Below, piece by piece: positions 8,761 through 19,571 of a stretch of 64,000 bases of DNA; position 1 is the first letter of the stretch; every line of letters begins with the position of its first letter. The DNA comes from Takakia lepidozioides (taxonomy: Eukaryota; Plantae; Bryophyta). Both the position numbers and the translations under genes were made by a program. The notes below the pieces were generated by a model. It did not search any database. It saw only the letters and a list, made by a program, of their open reading frames with translations, and was not told the origin of the DNA. Where the stretch lies: NCBI GenBank assembly GCA_030704615.1, contig CM060732.1, positions 30,256,001 to 30,320,000 of the forward strand, written 5' to 3'.

Positions 8761-10823
8761 AAAACATAAAAAATATTATTTTAATGGGATGTGTCAGGAA
8801 AAAAAAAAAAAATATTCATTGTTTGAAGTAGAAATTGTAGTTTTGAGAGCCGTGCTCATGATATTTCGTTTTCCGCTCATGCGAATTCCGAGCGACATCT
8901 GCAAAAATGGCGCCGAATTTCGCGGTAATAGGTTCCACAAGCAGAAAAATCGGCGACGTACTGCGCGGTAATAGGTGACTCTGGCGAAAAATGGTGCCGA
9001 ATTTCGCAGTTATAGGTCCCAACTTCATTGAAGTGTAAGCCCAAAATTTGGAAATGTGGCGCCGAATTTCGGTACATGGTTTCGGGCATTACACAAATGT
9101 TGGGCAGTTCTGGGCCATGTAATTGGAAATTCGGCGCCATTTTTCCAGACATCGTCTCCAGACAATGTTGGGACTTAGCCAGTTTTCGGCCCAATAAAGG
9201 GAAATTCGGCGCCATTTTTCCAGAAATGGCCCCCTCAACTGCAACCGTTGGAATTCAATTTTCTGGAAGATTTGCAAATTTTCCTGCCGCCATCTTTGAA
9301 TTGATTCTGTTTCGACATTGAATTGCCACTGGACGTCAACGGATATCCAACAGTCCCGAGTGTTTAAAAGACATCACTTTAATATTGTCTGTCTCATTCC
9401 AGGAGTTTTCGGGTGCAATTCATTACACTGCGAAACAAAGTCTAATGCATAAAAATGCAATTGCAAATATCCATATGGTGGATTCTCTTTTCCCCATCAA
9501 TGATTTCTGGAATCCCGGCGGAGGAGTTTGTGCAGCTCGTTCACGCTCAACGCTGGTGCATGAATAAAGTCATCAATAGTCAAGTTCATCCTCAACCTCT
9601 TCAGGTAAATGTAATACAGATGCTTGCACGGACCCCTTCTTTGCTTCCATCAACGAGAAGTCCGTACAATTGCAAGTCAGCTCCACTCCAATCGGTCTCG
9701 GAGAAAGGTCCGAAAATATGTGGATATAGAGGCATCGGATGGCAGTGCCAGTTCAGATCCCTCTTCCGAGATTGACCCCGATGAGGCAATTCGGAGCGTA
9801 GTCTCATACGTGAATGACCTCAGTACCGCAAGTACAGCGGAAAGCTCCTCCCCATATAGCTAGACTGTTTATGTACGCAAGACATTCCGAAAAAATTGTG
9901 TATTCTGACGGAACTACCCAGCTTAAACTTGCATAAAAGACCCATAGACAAAATCTGGATTCGGGCTAAATGAACAGCACGAAGTTTGCATCACCCAGGT
10001 TCTTGCAAAATCAGTTAAGTTAAGGCATTCCAAAGGCATTCCAAAGGCAAGTCAGTCAGGGCATATCAATTAAGGCATATCGGAAATCGGCGCCGATTTC
10101 CCAGTGCCGCGGTTCACAACACTTTACAAAGTAATTTTGAATTGTGTCATTTTGCATTGCGAGCTTATGGACATTCCAGCGAGTTTGGGAGACATCGGGT
10201 AAATCGGCGCCGACTTACCTCTTCCAGTGCAAAACCTCTGGGAAAATAGTGCCACTCACCCCAGCTTCTATTGTTTGTTCCGCGGATATACATACAGTGC
10301 CTATCACCACGGGCACGGTTCCAACCATTCTTTCCTTGTTTCTCCTGCAAGTCGGTGGCGACTACCCAGACTTCCACACAGTTCTTTTTCCTGTTCCAAG
10401 TCGGCGTTTTCCCTCAAATTTACTGTTCCTAAACTAAAAATCCTCAAAAATTATCGCATTTCAGACTCTGCTCATGCTCATTTCGGCTCATGGAGTTTAC
10501 AGATCCAGGTGAGGTGTTGAATTACCCTCATGCCCCTTACTCTCACCTTCTTCGTATGTTAGCAAGAGAGACCATCGTCGCTTTAGGCTGTAAAAGGGGA
10601 CGGAGGTCATTTCAATCAAATTAATAACGACGAAAAAATAATCTCGAGGCCATGCGGAGTAATAAGAAGGGGGGAGGCCACTTCAGGGTCGCAAGTGTGC
10701 ACAGATCTGACACATGCAACCACAACAGCTGATTAGCATCTCCATGGAGCTAGAGAAAGCAAGAGCACAACATAAACCGAGCAACACCAGCTCCCACAAA
10801 CTGAGTCAACGTTTAGCTTTAAG

Positions 10824-10843
10824 AGAAGGGTCTAGAACATTGG
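10824..10843 (+). promoter_or_regulatory. Possible imperfect heat-shock element upstream of HSP70
   Basis: aGAAg-gGTCt-aGAAc-aTTGg alternating nGAAn-like pentamers ~120 bp before the ATG; two mismatches. Confidence 0.3.
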
Positions 10844-10953
10844 GGGCGGTGGATGGATGAAACCTGAAACCCCACGTTTCGATGTCTAAAGCCCTAAAAC
10901 CCTGCAGCGGGCTCTTGTGGTTGCTTGTGGGGAGCGAGACGGGGAGAGAGACA

Positions 10954-13900
10954 ATGGCCTCCAGGCTGTTTAAGTCGCCAACATCGGCTCTGGCATCGTC
11001 GTTGCTTCACCGATGGACCAATATCTCGAGAGCTTACAGGTTCAATCTGCTATTCTCTTCTCTTTGTCTCTTGGAGTAATGAAATATGCCGAATGCGAAT
11101 GGCTGAGCTGGCAAAGCTGGCCGCTGTCGGGAGTTGGAAAATGATCCTCCTTTCTGTGTTGTTGCTCCTCCAAAAGGACGTCTGGTGTACCTTTCTCATA
11201 TGTTATCGCATTTTCCAGGTGTCTAGTTTAGTCATGTGACTTTACGCATTCGTTTCATCACCAACAACAGCTTCCAGCTGCGAAATGTTCACCAAGAGTG
11301 ATATCAAAAGAATATTTTCTGGCAGCTTGCAGATGCTTCTAGTCAAAAGTCGTAAAACTAGTCGAACTATGGTTGATCAAAGAGAGTGCAACAAACGATA
11401 TGAAGGAATTTCACTCAAGATACAATTTCCAGGGTTTCAGACCATGATGATAGCAAACTCAGTCTGCTAGGCTGTAATAGTATTTACCCCTGAGAACATA
11501 GGGTTACAATTCCTGACTGTCTGTGCAATGGCTGCCATGCACGTACAAGAGAGCATGATGTTGAGATACGGACTGTTACGGCAGCCCCTCTGGCTCACGC
11601 AGATCTAGTATTGGTGGTTGTGATTTCACTGCCAGACATACCTTGGAGATTATTGAGCAGACTTGGTCCTCTGGTAGGACAGCTGGATGCCTGAAACATT
11701 TGTGTATCCGTGATTTCAGTGCAAAAGCTGGCGGGGGCGATGTCATCGGGATCGATTTGGGTACCACGAACTCTTGTGTCTCTGTTATGGAGGGCAAGGT
11801 GAGGGCTGTCTTTATCCCACAAACATGCTTGTGTGTTTACTTTTCAGCAAGGTGAGGGAGTTGAAATCAATTTGCCTGCAAGATCGTGGATAATATTGGT
11901 CCCTAGCATCTGGAACTCCTTGCCTGCTTCTAAAACCAGTCAATTGTCGGATTACAAGATTGCTGATCTGTGACATCATCTGTATCAGCAATTCATTATA
12001 TCTAGGTTCTGTATATGATTATCCAATCGCAGTTTTGGAAATAACTAGGTTAAGAAAGTAGCTATTCACACATTTACATGTGCAAGTTGATGGAAACCAT
12101 CTTCATAAGTCAAGGGCCGTTGCTGCTGACCCTGTTTTGTGCTAACCAAAATTTGTGACTATTGTGTTGGACTCAACGCAATTGAATTCTGCCTGCATGA
12201 TATGATGTGCAGGGTGGTCTTCCCTATCAACCTTAGTTATAGTGGATCTTTGTGTTACCAATATTTGCTGGTTTGTGCTCATTGAAAATGTTGTGTTACA
12301 GATGCCGCGAGTGATTGAGAATTCAGAAGGCGCTCGAACAACTCCCTCTGTGGTGGCCTTTACTCCGAAGGGCGAGCGCCTTGTTGGCACACCTGCAAAG
12401 CGCCAAGCTGTGACCAACCCAACCAATACTCTTTTTGGCACAAAGCGTTTGATTGGCCGCTCATATGATGACCCACAGACCCAGAAGGAGGCAAAAATGG
12501 TGCCCTATAAAATTGTGAGGGCACCCAATGGAGATGCCTGGGTTGAGGCTATTGGTCAGAAGTATTCACCTAGCCAGGTAGGTGCTTTTGTTTTGGGGAA
12601 AATGAAGGAGACAGCTGAGTCCTACTTGGGGCGGTCTGTCTCCAAGGCAGTGATCACCGTGCCTGCGTATTTCAATGATGCTCAACGCCAAGCAACGAAG
12701 GATGCTGGCCGAATTGCAGGTCTAGATGTACTGAGAATCATTAATGAGCCCACTGCTGCTTCACTGTCATATGGCATGGACCGCAAGGAGGGCCTGGTGG
12801 CTGTTTTCGACTTGGGAGGTGGGACTTTTGACATCTCAATACTTGAGATTTCCGGTGGTGTTTTTGAGGTATGCTTCGGGTTATCACCTTTTGACAATCA
12901 TGGGATATGACTTTGTTACTTTGTGCGTGCTAAATTACTTCGGTGAGTTGGAGCTTGAAGGCTTATGAGTCGTGTGTGCTCCTGCAGTAGCTGGAGGAGA
13001 TGTGAGGTAGTTTGCATGTTGTAGAAGCATTTGCCTGTACCTGTATCATTACAGCTACAGCTCAAGCACCTTTTCCAGTGCAGTTGGAACAGCTCAACTT
13101 TGGTTTTGACGCAAGTGCTAGACACTTCCCTTCTTAATAAGGAGAAACTTGTGCGATGAAAGGGTTTAAACATGAAATGCTTAAAGAAAAATCTTCACAA
13201 GCTTAGCAAACTACAAAATGTGTGCGCAATACCAGGCAGCACCTGACTTTCGAGATGTTTGACAGAGCAAATGCCCCACTGCTGTGTCAAATCGCACATC
13301 CAGTAGTCCTCCAAAGGCCTCAGCCAAATCAACAGAGACCTGACTTTGCACCAGATTGTACTTCATACTTCTGAGGTGACCTTTTGTGCAACATAATTGA
13401 GTTGCAGCTTTGCCATAGGAGTTTCCAATTTTTTGTTCGGATAAGCCTTGGCACACATCTCTTCTCCTGTTCTCTGATTTGCTGTCTCTGCTGATTTAGC
13501 AATTGCATTGTTCTGCAGGTGAAGGCAACCAATGGAGATACATTTCTGGGTGGGGAGGACTTCGACAATGCACTGCTGCAACACCTAGTTGATGAATTTA
13601 AGAAAGATCAAAGCATTGACCTGTCATCAGACCGTCTCGCACTACAGCGCCTGCGAGAGGCAGCAGAGAAGGCGAAGGTGGAGCTGTCTTCGACTCCGCA
13701 GACTGACATCAACCTGCCCTTCATCACTGCTGATGCTTCGGGTGCCAAGCATCTGAATGTGACACTCACACGCTCCAGGTCATGGTCCTAGAAGTTGTTA
13801 AACTTGGTTTCCTTGTCTGCTTGTTGGGGTCTTCCCCCCATATTGGTTTTTTTGTTGTACCGGGAGTTTTCAATTGTTGAAGGCGTTAGCAGAATGAATG

Positions 13901-15366
13901 CAGCTCAAAGTTTCTGCCTCTGGAAACTCTATAGGATAATTGTCACTCTGTATAATGTAGCTCCTAACATTTGCAATTGTCACTATGCAATTGATGTGGG
14001 AGGTTGAATGTGAACAGATATGAGCAGCTTGTAAATCACCTGGTCGAGCGTACTAAGCAGCCATGCAAGGACTGCCTGAAGGATGCAGGTATCACAGCCA
14101 AGGAGATCGATGAAGTGCTTCTGGTGGGTGGTATGACTCGCATGCCCAAGGTTCAAGAGATTGTGAACAACATCTTCAGCAAGGAGCCTAGCAAGGGAGT
14201 GAACCCAGACGAGTGTGTCGCAATGGGGGCAGCAATTCAGGGTGGAGTTTTGCGTGGGGACGTCAAAGACATTCTTTTACTGGATGTGACACCATTGTCT
14301 CTGGGCATAGAGACACTAGGGGGAGTGTTTACACGATTGATTACACGCAACACCACAATCCCCACGAAGAAAAGCCAGGTGTTTTCGACAGCAGCAGATG
14401 GCCAAACCCAGGTGAGTAGGAGCTAGCAAATATTCTGTTGGGTGCCATTTCTCTGGTAAGAAACCATATGTGCATCTTCTGATATTGTGGAGTGGAAGTG
14501 TCAAATTCTTAACTCTTATTTGGAGTGGCTTTATGGAATTGCACACATTTTCCAACCCGCATCACAGGGACTGTATCTTTGGAGCCACTGGTAATGCTAC
14601 CCAGCATACCTGGGAGGGTGGTCAGATTAATGTGGAAGCCCGGTCATGAAAACTATCATATAATTCTAATGCTCAGACCTTCTAATCTAACAGTAGTACT
14701 GCAGATTTTTTCCTGTGGCATCACGATTCTCACTTTTGTGCTGGTCTTTGTGGAATTCTGCAGGTCGGTGTGAAGGTGTTGCAAGGGGAGCGTGAGATGG
14801 CAGCTGACAACAAGACACTTGGACAGTTTGATTTGGTGGGTATCCCTCCTGCGCCACGTGGAACCCCCCAGATTGAGGTGACATTTGACATTGATGCAAA
14901 TGGGATTGTTAACGTTTCTGCCCGAGACAAAACCACAGGGAAGGAACAAGCAATCACCATCCAGTCATCTGGTGGGCTGTCAGAGGGTGACATTGAGAAG
15001 ATGGTGAAGGATGCTGAACTGTACGCCCAGAAGGATCAAGAAAAGAAGCAGCTGATTGATGCGAAAAATGATGCAGACACTACACTCTATTCAGTTGAGA
15101 AGAGTTTGAACGAACACAAGGAGAAGTTACCACAGGATGTTGTTGACACTGTTAACGCAGCCCTTGCAGACCTGAGAAAGGCAGTTGGTGCTGAGAATTT
15201 GGATGATATTCGTCAAAAGATTTCTGCTGCGCAGACAGCATCTTTGAAAATTGGAGAGAGTCTGTCGAAGCAGTCAGGGTCAAGTGGGACACCTGGGGCT
15301 GGGGCTAGTGGAGCTGGCCAAGCGACAGAGGCGGAGTATGAGGATGTGAAAGAGGGGAAGAAGTGA
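10954..15366 (+). CDS. HSP70: Mitochondrial HSP70 (DnaK-type chaperone), 6 exons
   Basis: Exons 10954-11039, 11720-11798, 12302-12868, 13519-13778, 14018-14411 and 14764-15366 join in frame via GT-AG. Presequence-like N-terminus [14 protein letters not shown]. Signature motifs [62 protein letters not shown]-terminus [12 protein letters not shown] (not EEVD). Confidence 0.96.
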
Positions 15367-17810
15367 GAAAATGTCCCAAGGGAGAAAGATAGAGAAAATG
15401 GAGGGTGAATTTGCGTATGTTCTGGCTATGAGTTTAGGCACATGGGCAGCAGTGAGGGCCGCTGACGAGGGTTGCAAAGGTCGTGACGAAGAAGCACTTA
15501 AGGTCAACTGCTTCCTTTTGTCTTTCAAGGATTCACTTAAGTAATGAAGAACATGGAGAGGTGGAACATGAATGAGCATGCTTAGAGGGAGGCACGAAAG
15601 ACAGCTGAGGTTTCTAAATGACTTGGAGGGCCAGACTAATTATTGGGGTATGCTGCAGTGCTAGAAAACCGTGGTGTAGAGGGGATGCAAGTCCAATGAG
15701 GTGATAAAATGTTTTTATGTCTTGACTTCTTAAGTTCCCTGCCCTTTACTAGCCACTCTTAGATTCGGTGAGAGAGTACGATGAGAGAGAGTGAGTGATA
15801 GGGAGATAAAGCCTATTTTTGGAGAACAGCACAAGATGAAAGCTTGGTGTGGAAAACTCCTAATTCAAAATGGCATTGAGGATCTGTTCATGATTGGGGA
15901 CAAACTGCCGGCACTTGCATGTAGTGTTGTAGGATCTGGCTGCGGAACCAGCTAGGTTTTCTTTGGCCACATATTATAAGTGCCAAAAACTATTCCCTTT
16001 TGTCATTACTTTTTGCTGTAAGTGGGTGATAAATAGCAGATTCTTGGTCAAGGTTCTGTCAGTCATCAAGTCTGGTTGAAGGGCTACACTTCGAATGCTG
16101 AAGACACTGACAAAGTTATACTTTGGATGGACTGATGTTGTTCGCCATGAGTGTGCAAAAGTAACTGGGTGTGCAGCAACTTTCAGTTACCAGGTTTTGA
16201 TGTAAATAGCTTTGTCACCAGTCTGTTCCAGTATAAGACTCTTTTGAGAATGCGGAGGCATGTATTTGGGAGGGCAATTATATGCCCTACTTGTAAATAT
16301 CTGCTACTCAACTCTTCTATGCATCTGAATCTTTAAGGCACCATGAAGAGATTATGTAGTACATGCCCCCAAGGAAAGTACATTCAAAAGCTCCACAGAC
16401 CACAGAGGATGCAACCTGGTGGCAACACAAGTGAAACCGAATCTGCATATCCAGGAAATATTACATGAGACCAATGGGGAGGAACTCAGAGGTGACTTTT
16501 TGGTGTTCTGCAGTAATCCACGCCAAAACCAGGAGGGCACACAAGCATTGAGGAAATTGAATCTACACCCAACCTCTCGGACTTGAAAAATTCTCATACC
16601 CATTCACTTTGGTTGCCTAAGTTCCTAAATCTTTTGCACTAACTTGGGAAGAAGCCATTTTCCAATTGAAGTTCAAGAGTCAACTGGGCTGCCTTTCTAA
16701 ATGATGAACAACTACAAACGGTTGAAGGTATCTTTCTACATCCAAGGACGGTCATTATAATCTCTTGCTTGCATAGGCCCTGTTCTTTTTTCTCATGCTC
16801 TTTGTCAAAGGTCGTTATGAAGTACCATTTCATTTCCCTTTGAACAAATGATGTTTAAGAAAAAGTATTAACTATTAACCTCCCTTCACCCAGTCTCTTC
16901 TATTTCTGTTAATTTTAAGGGAAATGTTTTGCTCCGGTTAGTAGACATCACTAAATGCAAGATTAGTACTAGGTCATCTAAACCGAAACTGAGAGCCAAT
17001 TAACTATTTGAAAGTAGGCGGTTGCTGCAATGTGAAATGGGTGGTATAGATACGCCAGTTTTGGCTGGAGTTCTCACTCTAGGCCCAATAGATGGGGTAT
17101 CACTCCCCCTTCATCTCCGGACCAAGACCAACATGGAGTCAGTGGTGTTTGATTATGGGGGGAGATTGTTGGTTTAGGGACCAAGTAAGGACCAAGTAAG
17201 GAACCAATGTGGTTTGGATGGTCAAGTTGGTCGCAAGGCCTCCATACAGACACAGCCTCTGAATTTGTATAGCCTCGTCCTAATGAGGTTGCATGGCACA
17301 GACAAAGCTTGACAGCGGCCCACCGAGCTGAAACTTTGAATCATATGTTTATCTATTTTCCTAAAAGGGAAACACGTTAGATCTTGGTGGGGTAAGGCTA
17401 GCTTTCGACAGCATTCATGCAAGTTAGTCAAGGGCTCTACCTGAAACAGCACCACCAGAAACATACAAACATGTCCATATTTCTGATGCTGAAAAAACTC
17501 CAGCATGATTTCGGAATGGCTTTTGTGGCCAAGTGAAAATGATCTCATAGGGATTTTTCTATGAGTAAACCTTGTGCACAAGGCTGCCCTCTAATCAAGC
17601 TTATCACGAATTGTACTCACTCTCATCTGCATGCTTCGAAGAGAACTCCACCATCCACACCAGAATTGTTTCCTTCCACTATCACCAGAGTGAGTCAAAA
17701 TCCCTAAGCACTAAGACGCTCTTCTCCCCCATCTTCTACAGGTGATCACACTGTGGTGGACCCGAAAACCAAAAAGTTTCAATGAACCCTAAATGTCACA
17801 ACCACAAAGC

Positions 17811-18143
17811 TCACTTCTTTTTCTCACCACCGCCAGTTGCCCTCATCTTGCGCAAGACCACGGTCATCTCCTCGCGCTTGCGCTTGGCGCGCAAGTGCGT
17901 ACCCAATTTCTTCTTAGCGACCTTCAAGGCGCGCTTGTCTTTGCCCACCTTCAGAAGCTCGGTGATCCTCTTCTCATAGGGAGCAAATCCAGCAACCTCC
18001 CTGATCAACTTCCTCACCAACGAGACACGCTTGCCCAATTTTCCCTTGTTCGCAGATGGCCGCTTGGCAAGCTCCCTCTTGGTCACAGCATGGCCTCTGT
18101 GGAGCCCTACCGCTATGCCGCTCCCTGCAACGCTGGGCGCCAT
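17811..18143 (-). CDS. RPL36: 60S ribosomal protein L36 (eL36), intronless CDS
   Basis: [59 protein letters not shown]. Confidence 0.97.
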   Translation of the reverse strand: MAPSVAGSGIAVGLHRGHAVTKRELAKRPSANKGKLGKRVSLVRKLIREVAGFAPYEKRITELLKVGKDKRALKVAKKKLGTHLRAKRKREEMTVVLRKMRATGGGEKKK

Positions 18144-18224
18144 CTCTCACCTTCCTTCACTGCCTCCCTCGCTGCGAAGCTGCTTCCTCCACCCAGCTCA
18201 AAAAGAACCTCCCTTTCCTCGCCG

Positions 18225-18233
18225 CTAGGGTTT
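18225..18233 (-). promoter_or_regulatory. Telo-box (AAACCCTAG) upstream of RPL36
   Basis: CTAGGGTTT on + strand ~85 bp upstream of the ATG. Telo-boxes are typical of plant ribosomal protein promoters. Confidence 0.6.
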
Positions 18234-19146
18234 CAAGCCTTCCCTCTATCCATCCATCCTTTCAAATGGAGATGCATCCCGCGGATCCGGATATTGACAA
18301 AATCTGAATTCTAATATCCGCCGGTTATGCATAATAATTTATTTTCAAAATCTGCCGGATATAAATAAATCCGGATATTCAGATTATAATATCCGGCGGC
18401 TATAGAGTGACGGTCCGGATATAGAATCCGAATACAGGTAATATGATATTATTAATTTAAAATATTCATTTAAACAGTTTAAATATCTTAAAATCTAATA
18501 AAATTAGATAGCAAGTAATTCAGACCTATGGTTAAATCATCCTGAGTTCTGTTTATTTTTAGAAAGTGGAGGAAGCCCTCTACAGTCTACCCTCTATATG
18601 TGTTACACCTGGGGAGTAGAGAAAATGTAACACATATAGATATTTAACATCATAATGTTCAGATATAGAATAAGAATCTTTCAAAAATCACACTTACAGA
18701 AGTAACACTTATAGAGAGCTTGAAAACTGGAATGTTACACTTATGGAAGAAAAAAATGATTTCATGTATTACATTAGGTCATCAACAACAAAGTGTTTCA
18801 TGATCACTTTTTTTTGCTCAACGGTTAACTCAATTGGGGCCCTCCTTACACTCGTCGCTGTAATTACTGATCTATGTCCAATGAGCTCTCTTCTAGTAGT
18901 ATCTCAATTGTATGGTCGTAATAAACTATAATCTTGCATTTGCAAAATGAATACGGTAGAGTTCTATATTTTTTTTATCCATATACGTGAGCATCAGATT
19001 TGGCGGATAATTGCATTAAAGAACCGGTATAAAACATACACATGAAAATGTAACTCAGAGATATATCCTCATTGCAAGTTCTGTAACTCTCCATATTTTT
19101 AAGAACTCGGCCCAGATGTTCTCTATTACCTTCCACAAGATAGAAC

Positions 19147-19571
19147 CAGTGTTGTCCTGGTACCAGACGTATCGCAAAAACTTTCATACCATAATAATAG
19201 ATGTATCTTTTTCCAGATACTGGCATGAGTATGAGTATCCTGACCACCATACCAGCTGGTATGAGATATCAATTCTGGTATCATTCCAAAGCCATCATTG
19301 AATAACAAGTTTATCAGATAGCAAGTATCAAGGGAAAACAAATACAATACAATAAAGAAATAAATATACATAAATACAAATATGTATGCATATGTACATA
19401 TACCAGAGTAAATAAGGAAGACGCCGGGGGGAGTACTGGTATTGTGGCTGGTATGAAAAAACTGATACCAGCCTGGTCACCAAGTATTCTCCCAAATTAT
19501 ACCTTACTGGTCTGGTATCTAATACCAGTGCATATACCTGTGCACATACCAGGCATACCAGTACAACACTA
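19147..19571. mobile_element. hAT-like MITE (~425 bp)
   Basis: TIRs CAGTGTTGTCCTGGTA / TACCAGTACAACACTA, many internal ATACCAG/CTGGTAT subterminal repeats, AT-rich core. The 8-bp flanks GATAGAAC and GTTCAAAC match only 5/8. Confidence 0.6.

Larger units (their letters stand above)
2427..10218. repeat. Dispersed palindrome family, consensus GGAAAT(G/T)CGGC(G/A)CCG(C/A)ATTTCC
   Basis: Copies at 2427, 3526, 3656 (perfect 24-bp TGGAAATGCGGCGCCGCATTTCCA), 3740, 4867, 6151, 8903, 8986, 9050, 9125, 9200, 10082 (perfect 20-bp GGAAATCGGCGCCGATTTCC) and 10199. Confidence 0.9.
1156..10506. mobile_element. Unclassified cargo-carrying element with imperfect inverted CATGAGC-rich termini; no transposase recognised
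   Basis: Left end is GGGCTGCTATTTCATGAGCC..CATGAGCAGAGTC (1156-1210). The right end reverse-complemented is GGATCTGTAAACTCCATGAGCC..CATGAGCAGAGTC (~10464-10506). It abruptly truncates the gypsy integrase and has its own dispersed palindrome family. No TSD found. Confidence 0.6.

Noticed and set aside
2427-10218. Palindromic repeats as a CRISPR array
   Set aside because: Spacing is irregular (tens to thousands of bp), copies lie in introns, there are no cas genes, and the context is eukaryotic.
1156-10506. DIRS-type retroelement (these can carry an MTase and split/inverted repeats)
   Set aside because: No RT/RNase H or tyrosine recombinase motifs were seen, and the MTase gene has spliceosomal introns.
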